A stretch of 27,609 nucleotides of DNA from an uncultured Cellvibrionales bacterium (lineage in GTDB: Bacteria > Pseudomonadota > Gammaproteobacteria > Pseudomonadales > UBA7434): the NCBI GenBank assembly GCA_937897785.1, contig CALCNB010000315.1:1-27609 (forward strand), written 5' to 3'. This document shows positions 7,388 to 16,885 of the stretch, one piece after another. The notes beneath the pieces were generated by a model that saw nothing but the letters and a program-made list of their open reading frames with translations, searched no databases and had not been told where the DNA came from. Each line of letters begins with the position of its first letter. The first letter of the stretch is position 1. A program made the translations under genes and the position numbers.

Positions 7388-8848
7388 TTACGGCAAAATA
7401 GCAGGCAATAACTTTTGTAACGCCTGTTTTTCGTTCGTGCCACTACCAGTGAGCGCAAAGCCCAATAAATTATTCGCCGCATTTCTAAACAGCGCCACAA
7501 TATTATGGTCATCGCCGCTGATCTCCCACTGCCCTTCGGCACCGTGAGGTGGCGGCGAGACAACCACCGGACAAGCAGGCGTTTTAATGGCCACCGGCAT
7601 GGCAGGATAGACCACCTCAGTTGGCGTCCCTGATAGCGTTTTAGCCAAAGCTCTGGCGCCCGCCATGAGTGGCGCAACATAATAAAGCACGTGGCCCTCA
7701 ACCTCGGCACAATCGCCTAAGGTGTATACATTTGGCGCACTGGTTGCCAATAAGCGATCGGCAACAATGCCTCGATTAACCTGAATGCCGCTGGCTTCTG
7801 CCAGCTGTATACGCGGCCTAACACCCACCGCCGAAACAACAATATCTGCCTCAGTCTGATCGCCATTGGCGAGTGTGATTCGTACCCCATCACCCTGGCT
7901 ATCAATCGATTCAGCGACTGTCCCGAAATTGAAGTGAGCGCCCGCTTTCTCTAAAGCCCTCTTGACTGCTTGTCCTGCTTGGGGAGGCAGCAAAGATGCT
8001 AAATTGTAAGCCAATGGATCAACCGCCTCTACAGCAAAACCGCCATTCAATAAATCATTAGCAAACTCAGAGCCGATTAGGCCCGCACCGATAATGAAGA
8101 CCTTCTTCGCATCGGCTTTTTTCAGCCGGGTTCTAAAGTCATCATAATCCAGTAAATCATTGATCGAGACAACCTTATCTAAGCCTGTGCCCGACATAGG
8201 CGGACTGATGACATCAGCGCCCCAGGCTAATACCAGCGACTTATAATGCACCACAATCGATGCACCCACTGAAATGGTTTGCGCTTGCGTATCAATCGCT
8301 GTGACTTCGGTAAAGGTCCAAATGCTGGCCTGTAATTGCTTGGCCATTTTACCCGCATCGGCCATTGCCAAATCGTCAGCCGTATTATCTTTGGTGAAGC
8401 CGGTCGATAACATGGGCTTCGAATATGAACAGCCGTCATCAGAGCTAATCAGTAATAGGGGTGTTGTCTTATCCAGCTTTCTAAACTCTCTGGCCAAATT
8501 ATAGCCAGCTAAGCCTGTGCCGATAATGACAACCGGGGCCCTGCCATCGCTATCGTCAACGGAGGTGCCCATATTCATTGTTGGCGCTTGGACGCTTTTT
8601 GACGTTGCTAATGGTGCGGCCTCGATAACGGGCTCACGCGCGGGGGCGGCTGTTTCGCTTTCGGCCGGTTCTGGTGCGTCATCGGCCATTTCAATCATTT
8701 CAAAATCAAGCTTTCCAACACCACAATCTGGACATAACCAATCTTCTGGTACGTCTTCCCAGCGAGTACCGGGTGCTATTCCGTCGTCTGGCCAGCCTTT
8801 TGCTTCATCATAAATCAAGCCACAAACGATACATTCCCACTTTTTCAT
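7388..8848 (-). CDS. Fused rubredoxin - NAD(P)H:rubredoxin reductase (RubA-RubB fusion)
   Basis: aa 1-54 form a rubredoxin (CIVCG...CPDCG). aa 55-103 are an Ala/Pro/Glu-rich linker. From aa 104 there is a RubB-like reductase ([42 protein letters not shown]). No stop lies between the domains. Confidence 0.92.
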   Translation of the reverse strand: MKKWECIVCGLIYDEAKGWPDDGIAPGTRWEDVPEDWLCPDCGVGKLDFEMIEMADDAPEPAESETAAPAREPVIEAAPLATSKSVQAPTMNMGTSVDDSDGRAPVVIIGTGLAGYNLAREFRKLDKTTPLLLISSDDGCSYSKPMLSTGFTKDNTADDLAMADAGKMAKQLQASIWTFTEVTAIDTQAQTISVGASIVVHYKSLVLAWGADVISPPMSGTGLDKVVSINDLLDYDDFRTRLKKADAKKVFIIGAGLIGSEFANDLLNGGFAVEAVDPLAYNLASLLPPQAGQAVKRALEKAGAHFNFGTVAESIDSQGDGVRITLANGDQTEADIVVSAVGVRPRIQLAEASGIQVNRGIVADRLLATSAPNVYTLGDCAEVEGHVLYYVAPLMAGARALAKTLSGTPTEVVYPAMPVAIKTPACPVVVSPPPHGAEGQWEISGDDHNIVALFRNAANNLLGFALTGSGTNEKQALQKLLPAILP

Positions 8849-9013
8849 TTACCCAACCTCAAACCCATCAATCAAACATTTTTGTTGTTTCGCTAAAGCG
8901 ATGTTTACTGGCCCTTCAGCTTGCATGTTCAGAGCGAATACCGCATCCTCATCACACTGGGAAGCAAACATTAACGATCACCGCAATGCGGTTAAGTCTT
9001 AACACTACCTAGT

Positions 9014-9619
9014 TTGCATACACTCGCGAATCAGCATACGGAAAACCACACATTGTACGATCAACAACCCATCGGTTACCAGCCACAAAGCCCCACATGG
9101 CACGACTTTAACACCATCAGCGGTGATATTTTATCGGCCCAAGAACAAGAGTGGTTACTCGATCAAGGCTCTCTCACGGAAAGGCTCGTCAAAAAAAGCC
9201 AAAACCAATTTTATGTTGACGTTTTACGTCAAGCATGGAATAGCCCCGATCCATCAGAAGCTGCCTTGCTAGGCCAAGACCCCTCTCACCCCTGCTTGAT
9301 TCGCGAAGTTTTGCTTTACTGCTGCCAACAACCTTGGGTCTACGCTAAAACGGTGATGCCTGAAAGCTCACTAAATAATGAACTCGCCCATTTGCGAGAT
9401 TTTGATAACCAACCACTGGGTCAATTATTATTTAATACGCCAGGACTTGTACGAAGCCCATTTGAAGTGGCCCAATATACTGCCGAGCATTTGCCTAAAG
9501 AGGTACTTAACGCAATTACCGCAGATAAAATTTGTCAGTGGGGAAGGCGATCACGGTTTGTGGTGTATGATAAACCACTGTTGGTTAACGAGATATTCCT
9601 TCCAGCATTTCAACCCTAA
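9014..9619 (+). CDS. ubiC: Chorismate pyruvate-lyase
   Basis: WLLDQGSLTERL, REVLL, PWVYAKTVMP, PLGQLLF, WGRRSRF, LLVNEIFLP; directly upstream of ubiA. The TTG start is uncertain. Confidence 0.92.
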   Translation: MHTLANQHTENHTLYDQQPIGYQPQSPTWHDFNTISGDILSAQEQEWLLDQGSLTERLVKKSQNQFYVDVLRQAWNSPDPSEAALLGQDPSHPCLIREVLLYCCQQPWVYAKTVMPESSLNNELAHLRDFDNQPLGQLLFNTPGLVRSPFEVAQYTAEHLPKEVLNAITADKICQWGRRSRFVVYDKPLLVNEIFLPAFQP

Positions 9620-9668
9620 TGGATTGCAGCAGTTGCCAAGCCCGTGACTCTGCTATTAGACTTTTACT

Positions 9669-10550
9669 ATGCTTGCCTTGACCTCAAAAAATCTCAACCA
9701 TTATTTCGCCTTAATGCGTATCGATCGTCCAATTGGCACTTACTTAGTGATGTGGCCGGCCTTATGGTCACTCTGGTTAGCCGCAAAAGGAGTGCCAGAT
9801 ATACACTTATTACTGGTATTTATCAGTGGCGCATTTTTGATGCGTTCAGCCGGCTGCGTGATTAACGACTTTGCCGACCGACACATTGATGGCCATGTTC
9901 AGCGCACCCATCATAGACCCTTAGCAACGGCAGTTATTACCAGTAAAGAGGCATTGCAATTGTTTATCTTGCTTTGCTTATCTGCCGCAGTGTTATTACT
10001 GTTTACCAATGCATTAACCGCGAGCTACGCAGTATTGGCTTTTTTGCTAGCCACCTTATACCCCTTCACTAAACGCTTCACACAATTGCCTCAAGTGATA
10101 TTAGGCATGGCTTTCAGCTGCTCTATACCCATGGCCTTCGCTGCACAAACCAATAACGTTCCGTTAGTCGCATTAGCTCTTTACTTTGCAGTGATTAGCT
10201 GGGTCGTTGCTTACGACACGTTTTATGCCATGGTTGATCGTAAAGACGATATCAAAATTAATGTTAAATCAACGGCAATTTTGTTCGGCCGTTATGACCG
10301 AATAATAACCGCTTTATTGCAGTTAATTTTTCTAGCCTTACTGATATTAATCGGTCATCAACAAGCACTCGGTACTATTTATTTTTCGAGCTTATTAATT
10401 ATTTCAGGCTTGTTTCTATACCAACAATACTTAATAAAAGATCGAAGCCCAGCGGCGTGCTTTAAGGCGTTTTTAAATAATAATTTTGTCGGTATGGCTG
10501 TGTTTATTGGTATTGCCGCTGACCTTGCCATCATCACGCCAACTCAGTAA
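9669..10550 (+). CDS. ubiA: 4-hydroxybenzoate octaprenyltransferase
   Basis: MRIDRPIG, RSAGCVINDFADRHID...RT..RPL (first Asp-rich motif), YDTFYAMVDRKDD (second motif), multiple TM helices. Confidence 0.95.
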   Translation: MLALTSKNLNHYFALMRIDRPIGTYLVMWPALWSLWLAAKGVPDIHLLLVFISGAFLMRSAGCVINDFADRHIDGHVQRTHHRPLATAVITSKEALQLFILLCLSAAVLLLFTNALTASYAVLAFLLATLYPFTKRFTQLPQVILGMAFSCSIPMAFAAQTNNVPLVALALYFAVISWVVAYDTFYAMVDRKDDIKINVKSTAILFGRYDRIITALLQLIFLALLILIGHQQALGTIYFSSLLIISGLFLYQQYLIKDRSPAACFKAFLNNNFVGMAVFIGIAADLAIITPTQ

Positions 10551-10570
10551 CCTCGGCCAAAAGTGATTTC

Positions 10571-11746
10571 ATGCACGTTGCATTTTATGACTCTATAGAA
10601 AAAATTGGCCGGTCTACTTGGCAGGATATTTGTGGTACAGATTATCCATTTTTGCGCTATGAATTTTTATTTAGCCTAGAAAACGCCGGCAATGATGCGC
10701 CGCAAGGATCCGCATGTAATGTGCAAAGCGGTTGGCAGCCACAGCACGGCATCGTGTTTGATGGCGACAGGCCGATTGCCGCTTTTCCCATGTATTTAAA
10801 ATACCACTCTTACGGTGAGTATATTTTTGACTGGGCCTGGGCTGAAGCGTATCAGCGTAATGGTTTACAGTATTATCCAAAGTTGCTCAACGCGATTCCT
10901 TATTCCCCTGTTACTGGTACTAGAATTGCCATTGACCCCGCTTACCAACAACAGCAGCCATTGATTTTTGCTGAGGTTATCGACGCCTGTATAGACAAAT
11001 GCCATAAAGAAGATATTTCTTCTTTCCATTTCTTATACCCTCAACAAGCTAGCTCTAACACATTGGCCTCACTGGCCACAGAGCAGCGTGCCAGCCATCA
11101 GTACCACTGGTTTAATCGAGATAAAAGTACAGCGCCCTATCGCGATTTCGACCATTTTCTTGCTGACTTAAAATCACGAAAAAGAAAAGACATCAAAAGA
11201 GAAAGGCGTTTAATTGAAGAGCAAAACATTCAACTTATTCGTTTAACCGGTGAAGAAATTAACACTGATATGTGGGACACCTTCTATCATTTTTATCAGT
11301 TAACCTACGCCAAACGATCTGGTCATGGCGGCTACCTGCCTAAGGCATTTTTCAAATCGCTTGGTAAAACAATGTCGGAACAATTGTTATTAGTGTTAGC
11401 TAAACGCGATGACAGATTTATTGCTGGCGCTTTAAATCTTTTTTCTAGCGATACCTTGTATGGCCGCTATTGGGGGTGCATTGAGTCAGCTGAATCATTG
11501 CACTTTGAAGCCTGTTATTATCAAGGTATTGAGTTTTGTATTGAGCGGCAGTTAGAAAAATTTGATGCAGGCGCACAAGGCGAACATAAAATTCAGCGCG
11601 GCTTTCGTCCAGTGCCTACCTGGTCAAACCATTGGATCAAAGATCCACAATTTAGTCAGGCAATTAAACGCTATATTGAGCAAGAGGCTGAACAAGTGCA
11701 GGGTAATATTGAACAAGCCGCTACTTATTTACCGTTCAAAGCTTAG
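10571..11746 (+). CDS. DUF482 / FemAB-like GNAT-fold protein
   Basis: YLKYHSYGEYIFDWAWA, PYSPVTG, LYGRYWG, LHFEACYYQGIE, FDAGAQGEHKIQRGF. Confidence 0.9.
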   Translation: MHVAFYDSIEKIGRSTWQDICGTDYPFLRYEFLFSLENAGNDAPQGSACNVQSGWQPQHGIVFDGDRPIAAFPMYLKYHSYGEYIFDWAWAEAYQRNGLQYYPKLLNAIPYSPVTGTRIAIDPAYQQQQPLIFAEVIDACIDKCHKEDISSFHFLYPQQASSNTLASLATEQRASHQYHWFNRDKSTAPYRDFDHFLADLKSRKRKDIKRERRLIEEQNIQLIRLTGEEINTDMWDTFYHFYQLTYAKRSGHGGYLPKAFFKSLGKTMSEQLLLVLAKRDDRFIAGALNLFSSDTLYGRYWGCIESAESLHFEACYYQGIEFCIERQLEKFDAGAQGEHKIQRGFRPVPTWSNHWIKDPQFSQAIKRYIEQEAEQVQGNIEQAATYLPFKA

Positions 11747-13376
11747 CTGCTGATGCACCTGCTCGGCGCCCAGAAAAAACACCATCAGCAATCGAAAGTC
11801 CACTGACATAATTATTTGACGCTATACCCACAGCAGTTCTCCCTGCTGCATATAGGCCTTCAATACCAATGCCTTCTAAGGTTTTTACTTGGCCACTGTT
11901 TTCATCAACCGCTAAGCCGCCCAAAGATAAGGCTGGCGATCCACCTGCAGCTAAGTCAATAGCATAAAACGGTGGCTTAGCAATAACGGACATATCGCTA
12001 GGTGACTTTTTAAAAGGGTCTTGTTGTTCGCCTCGAGCGCAGGCATTATATAGCTCAACTGTTGCCAATAAATTACCACTATCAATGCCTGTTAATTCGG
12101 CGAGTTGCTCAATTGTGTTGGCGCGGTAAGCCATCTTAAGCTGTTGTTTAACAACCATAGAAATTAACGATCGAGCATCTCTAGATAAAAACTCAGTACT
12201 GTTGTTGTAAAGCTCGCTGTCTATAATTAACATGCCCTGAGCTAAATTTTCGCGATACATGCGCGTTCCAATCACTGCGCCATAGGAGGCCTCATCACAA
12301 TAACGCTGGCCTGCTAAATTGACAACCATACCCCGCGGCCAAGTTTTTGGTGGATTAATAAAGCGCCAAGCTGAAGCACTGTGCATTTCTTTCATTACGC
12401 CACCCGCACTGACGCCCAGCGCAATACCAGCACCGTTGTCACCCGCCTGGCCTAGCATTCTAGCAGGTAAAAATTCTGGCAGATGTTGCCGCACCATATC
12501 GCGATTAAATATAAAGCCGCCACTGGATAAAATGACACCCTTGTTTGCTCTGATACAGCGGCTAACGGCTCTTTTTTCAAGTCGATTAATACACCCTCGA
12601 CACTTTGATGATAATTTCGGGCTGGCCATATGCGAACTGTTCGCCAGTTTGTTCGCCAAGCGATGCAATAGACCGCTTAAGGTCCATGAGTAAAGTTGTT
12701 TGATCTCAACTCCAATAACGCGACCTTGGTCATCAAGCAGTAAACGACTGACGCGACTTTGTTGATAAAATTTGGCCGCTAATCGGCGCGCTGAACGACC
12801 TAAGTTTTTAAAAAAACCTGCACCTAAACCTGTTGCCTTAGCATTTCCATCCGCAACGTGACCTCTTGGCGCCGAATAGGTCTGGGTTTTTTCTACCGTA
12901 CTGGAGAGTAATTCATTGCCTGAGTAATAAAGGCTGTATTCGGGTCGTGGATGGGTGGTTTTTATAGTAAACACATCACCGCTGTAACGAACGCCTTGCT
13001 GCTGTAACCAATCAAAATTATCAACGCTCTGTTGGCAGAACCGTTGAAGAGTTTGATCACTTACAACACTGCCCACCTCATGCTTTAAATAACGGTACAT
13101 GTTATCCGCATCATCTTTAATATTTAGCTTTTCCTGCAGGGCGGTACCGCCACCCGCGTAATACACGCTACCGCTCAGCGCAGTAGAGCCGCCGCCATTA
13201 AAGCGATCAATGATAGCGACCTTGGCGCCTTGTGAAGTGGCTTCAATAGCTGCACTCGCGCCTGCCGCGCCCAAGCCGACCACTAACACATCAAACTCAC
13301 CATGCCAGTGATGCGCCAAAGGGTCAATTACCTTGCTCTCGGCAACGCCGGTGCCTCGAAGAATTTCTTTGGTCAT
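11736..13376 (-). CDS. FAD-dependent oxidoreductase of the fumarate reductase/ketosteroid dehydrogenase family, most like 3-ketosteroid Delta4(5alpha)-dehydrogenases
   Basis: DVLVVGLGAAG Rossmann motif, GGSTALSGSVYYAGGGT, VILSSGGF, GQRYCDEASY, LSLGGL, GLYAAGRTAVGIASNNYVSGLS..FSGRRAG. The substrate is inferred. Confidence 0.7.
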   Translation of the reverse strand: MTKEILRGTGVAESKVIDPLAHHWHGEFDVLVVGLGAAGASAAIEATSQGAKVAIIDRFNGGGSTALSGSVYYAGGGTALQEKLNIKDDADNMYRYLKHEVGSVVSDQTLQRFCQQSVDNFDWLQQQGVRYSGDVFTIKTTHPRPEYSLYYSGNELLSSTVEKTQTYSAPRGHVADGNAKATGLGAGFFKNLGRSARRLAAKFYQQSRVSRLLLDDQGRVIGVEIKQLYSWTLSGLLHRLANKLANSSHMASPKLSSKCRGCINRLEKRAVSRCIRANKGVILSSGGFIFNRDMVRQHLPEFLPARMLGQAGDNGAGIALGVSAGGVMKEMHSASAWRFINPPKTWPRGMVVNLAGQRYCDEASYGAVIGTRMYRENLAQGMLIIDSELYNNSTEFLSRDARSLISMVVKQQLKMAYRANTIEQLAELTGIDSGNLLATVELYNACARGEQQDPFKKSPSDMSVIAKPPFYAIDLAAGGSPALSLGGLAVDENSGQVKTLEGIGIEGLYAAGRTAVGIASNNYVSGLSIADGVFSGRRAGASAAKL

Positions 13377-13565
13377 ATCGTTGTATATTCTCTTTTGGAT
13401 TTACATCATAGGCCGCATTTTACGATCACCCTGGTCTTTGATGCCATTTAATTAGCTAAATCTTTATTTATTTTTTCAATAAAATTTCGTAACTGAACGT
13501 AAAGTAATTGCGAGAACATGTTGGTCATGGCAATCTGTTGATTCATTTTTTTCTGGAGCACTATT

Positions 13566-14054
13566 GTGACAATTAATCGGCCTTTTTCAGTTCTTGGAAT
13601 ACAACAAATAGCCGTTGGTGGCTTAGATAAAAACAAGCTTCGTCATTTTTGGGTTGATATTTTAGGTCTCAGCTATCAAAGCACTTACGTCAGCGAAAAA
13701 GAAAATGTTGATGAAGATATTTGCCAAGCGGGTCATGGCCCGTTTAAAGTCGAAGTTGATTTAATGCAACCGCTCAATGCCGATAAGAAACCTAAGGTAC
13801 ATGAGCCAGCCTTAAACCATGTGGGCTTATGGGTCGATGACTTAGCGACCGCTGTCAAATGGCTCACAGAGCAAGGGGTTAGATTTACCCCTGGCGGCAT
13901 ACGCGCCGGTGCAGCGGGTTACGATGTGTGCTTTATCCACCCGAAAGGCAATGAAGAGTTTCCTATCGGCTCCGAAGGCGTCTTAGTTGAGCTAGTTCAA
14001 GCGCCCGATACTGTTATCGAGGCATTTCAAACCATCGCTGATGCGAGCCTGTAA
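13566..14054 (+). CDS. VOC-fold protein, probable methylmalonyl-CoA epimerase-like
   Basis: [49 protein letters not shown] give the two beta-alpha-beta-beta-beta VOC repeats. The exact function is inferred. Confidence 0.7.
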   Translation: MTINRPFSVLGIQQIAVGGLDKNKLRHFWVDILGLSYQSTYVSEKENVDEDICQAGHGPFKVEVDLMQPLNADKKPKVHEPALNHVGLWVDDLATAVKWLTEQGVRFTPGGIRAGAAGYDVCFIHPKGNEEFPIGSEGVLVELVQAPDTVIEAFQTIADASL

Positions 14055-14058
14055 CTAA

Positions 14059-15279
14059 TCAATCAAGACGCTTGAGCTTCAAGGGTATAAGACAAATAAA
14101 CGCTAAACTAAGTACCGCAATAAATAAGTAAAAGCTATTCACGTAATTACCATAAATATCAAACAGCTTAGCGCCTATAATAGGGCCAGGCATAACCATT
14201 AGAGCAATTAGCGGCATCATTGCGCCCATCACTCGCCCATAACTTTTCATACCAAAAACAACGGCGATAATAGCGCCCCAAACGGGCAGCATGCCGCCCG
14301 TTGCGAGGCCTAAAAAAACGGCTGCAACTAACATGTAAGTAAAAGCTGGCTGACTGGCTAAAATAGCTACGCCAATACTGGCCAATACAATCGCGGCCCA
14401 TAGCCCCAATTTTAAGTTAATCCGATCAGCTGCGTAACCAAATAATAATTTACCAATTAGGCCCATGCCAGCAAGGGTTTGAATAAATATTTTGGTTTTA
14501 TCGGCTAACCCTTCTCCTGCCATATAAGCGCCAATATTCGTTAACACGCCCGTTTGGCTCATAAATAAAAATCCTAGGGTCGCACCAATAAACCAAAATG
14601 CCGGTATTGCCAAAATCTCACGAGCACTTAAATCCGGCCCATCTGCAGCCTCGCCTGCAGTTTGATTATTTATCACTTCAGCCGCTTGAGGTTCGCCCAC
14701 AAGGCCCTTTTCGGAAGGAAAATCTCTGACGGCTAAGAGCAAGTAAGGCAGTAAAATAATCAATACGGTTAAGCCGAAATAAAATAGCATGTCACGCCAG
14801 CCGATATTGGCAATGCCTAGATCAACCATGTAAGGAATTATCAAACCGCCCATTGATGTACCAACCGCAGCAATACCTAGCGCCTTGCCTCGACTGGCCG
14901 AGAACCAGCGAGAAACAACGGTCGATCCGGTTAATGGGCCTAATAAATTATTCGATAAACATATAAACAGTGCGAACAATAATGAAAACTGTAAAATGCT
15001 TTCACTTTTTGAAAGTAGGATAAGGCCAAGGCCTAAACTGACCGCGCCAATCGCCATTAAATTTTTAATCGACCACTTATCCGCCAGTATCCCAATCAAT
15101 GGCGCAACTACAAGCCCTAGTGCTGTCGCCCATGTTATGCCGTACATCACCTCTGTTCGACTCACGTCAAACTCAAGCTGAACGGGCATAACGATTAATG
15201 GAAATCCGTAAGTAAAAAAGCCGGTTACAAAGAATTGGGCAATAAACGCCCCTGCAACGATTAGCCATCCATAATACAT
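14059..15279 (-). CDS. MFS transporter (monocarboxylate/OFA-like)
   Basis: YYGWLIV start, about 12 hydrophobic segments, motif-A-like GILADKWS and GYAADRIN, VSRWFSASRGKALGIA. Confidence 0.88.
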   Translation of the reverse strand: MYYGWLIVAGAFIAQFFVTGFFTYGFPLIVMPVQLEFDVSRTEVMYGITWATALGLVVAPLIGILADKWSIKNLMAIGAVSLGLGLILLSKSESILQFSLLFALFICLSNNLLGPLTGSTVVSRWFSASRGKALGIAAVGTSMGGLIIPYMVDLGIANIGWRDMLFYFGLTVLIILLPYLLLAVRDFPSEKGLVGEPQAAEVINNQTAGEAADGPDLSAREILAIPAFWFIGATLGFLFMSQTGVLTNIGAYMAGEGLADKTKIFIQTLAGMGLIGKLLFGYAADRINLKLGLWAAIVLASIGVAILASQPAFTYMLVAAVFLGLATGGMLPVWGAIIAVVFGMKSYGRVMGAMMPLIALMVMPGPIIGAKLFDIYGNYVNSFYLFIAVLSLAFICLIPLKLKRLD

Positions 15280-15396
15280 AGTGTCTGCCCTAGTTGTTGT
15301 TATCGCCGTGCGGCAATCTCTGCTTTGAAGGTCAGCCTATCGTAAAAAGCTGCTGTAATGGCTAATATTTTTGCAATCTAACGCCGGCAATGGCGA

Positions 15397-15954
15397 CTAA
15401 ACGAGACTCAACAATATATTAGGCAAGACAATATTTTGAAGGATATGGATGACTAGAATTGCAATCATAGGCGAGAAGTCTAAGCCCCCAGCAGGAGGAA
15501 TCAAGCGCCTAAATGGTGCCATAATGGGATCGCCAAGCTGGCGAATTAATATCACTATTGGATGGTAAGAATTGGGCGCTATCCAGCTAATCACTATTTG
15601 AACTAATATGATGAAAAACATTAATTGCAAAGCTATATCGAGCACCCCAAAAACGCCATAAATAATATACAGCATGAAATTGGAGGCCAGCGCTCCTTTC
15701 AGCGCCACCAACAAAACGATACCTACCGTTTGAACGACTATGGCAAGCAGCAGAGCAGGGAAATCAATACCCCACAAGCCCGGAATCAATCGGCGTAATG
15801 GCTTAAGTGGAGGATTCGTTACGGTAATAATGAATTGCGAAATCGGATTATAAAAATCGGCCCTTGCTAACTGCATCATAACCCTTAATAAAATCAACAT
15901 GGTAAAAAATTCAAAGGCGATTGAAACTAAGAGTTCCATTATTTGATTAATCAT
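15397..15954 (-). CDS. yggT: YggT-family membrane protein
   Basis: Two YggT repeats (ADFYNPISQ..TNPPLKPLRRLIP..G.D and P....IRQL..PIMAPFRRLIPPAGGLDFSP); downstream of proC. Confidence 0.92.
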   Translation of the reverse strand: MINQIMELLVSIAFEFFTMLILLRVMMQLARADFYNPISQFIITVTNPPLKPLRRLIPGLWGIDFPALLLAIVVQTVGIVLLVALKGALASNFMLYIIYGVFGVLDIALQLMFFIILVQIVISWIAPNSYHPIVILIRQLGDPIMAPFRRLIPPAGGLDFSPMIAILVIHILQNIVLPNILLSLV

Positions 15955-16004
15955 TACCTGCTCTCTTTAAAGTTAGCTCTTTTAAAAATAAAAAATCAAT
16001 GCTG

Positions 16005-16835
16005 CTAAGCAAGCTCTTTTGCAAGAGCTTGCGAGCGTAAAAACGCGGCAGTTAATGCCAGCTCAACCGTCTCTCTCAACTGGCTGTTTTCAAACGATTG
16101 AATTGCCGCTTCGGTCGTGCCATTAGGTGAGGTCACCTTGCGTCTTAACTCTGCCACATCATCGTCAGACTCAATTGCCATGCGAGCCGCACCTAATGCC
16201 GTTTGCTGCGTTAGGCGTTGCGCTGTTTCAGCGTCTAACCCTAACTGCTCAGCAACCGCTTGCATGGCCTCCATAAATAAAAAGAAATAGGCTGGGCCGC
16301 TACCCGATAAAGCCGTTACCACATCTAAGGTAGGCTCTGTTTCAACCCATGCAACAATCCCAACAGCGGACAGCACGGTTTCTGCTAAACATCGCTGAGC
16401 ATCGGACACTTGATCGGTAGCATAGAGCGCACTCGCGCCTTGTTGAAGCAATGCAGGTGTATTTGGCATACACCGTACGATAGGAACTTCATCGCCCGCC
16501 CACTGCTGCAAACTAGCCGAATTAATTCCCGCCGCAATTGAGACTAATAGCGGTCGACCTTGCTGTAATAAGCCGGTCAAAGGCTGCAATACATTTTTTA
16601 AAACTTGTGGCTTTACTGCCAAAATAACTAAATCAGCATCGGCGATAATATCGGGATTTGAGTGTGTCGTCTTAATCGGCCCAAGTTTTTGGGCGGCTAT
16701 TAAGCAGGCTTCACTAGGGTCACTGCAGGCCAGCTTCTCGGCAGGGTAACCACGATTTAACAGGCCGCCGATTAAACTTCTCGCCATATTACCTGCGCCA
16801 ATAAAAGCAAGCTTTTGGTATTTTTTGTCGCTCAT
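16005..16835 (-). CDS. proC: Pyrroline-5-carboxylate reductase
   Basis: FIGAGNMA, LAVKPQ, VSIAAG, RCMPNTP, TALSGSGPAY, VTSPNGTT. The likely start is ATG 16835. Confidence 0.96.
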   Translation of the reverse strand: MSDKKYQKLAFIGAGNMARSLIGGLLNRGYPAEKLACSDPSEACLIAAQKLGPIKTTHSNPDIIADADLVILAVKPQVLKNVLQPLTGLLQQGRPLLVSIAAGINSASLQQWAGDEVPIVRCMPNTPALLQQGASALYATDQVSDAQRCLAETVLSAVGIVAWVETEPTLDVVTALSGSGPAYFFLFMEAMQAVAEQLGLDAETAQRLTQQTALGAARMAIESDDDVAELRRKVTSPNGTTEAAIQSFENSQLRETVELALTAAFLRSQALAKELA

Positions 16836-16885
16836 TCTAGCCTCTGTTTGTGGTTTCAAAATTATTTAACCGTGATCTTTCATTT

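Noticed and set aside
8570-8580. Met-Asn-Met in the rubredoxin fusion linker as an internal start for a stand-alone reductase
   Set aside because: There is no SD-like sequence upstream (…AAGCGCCAACA ATG) and it lies 11-13 codons before the reductase core. It cannot be excluded without proteomics but is unsupported.
7388-8848. Locally higher GC in the rubredoxin fusion as a sign of horizontal transfer
   Set aside because: Spot counts were variable, uvrD looks similarly GC-richer, and the gene is in its conserved position between hupA and ubiC.
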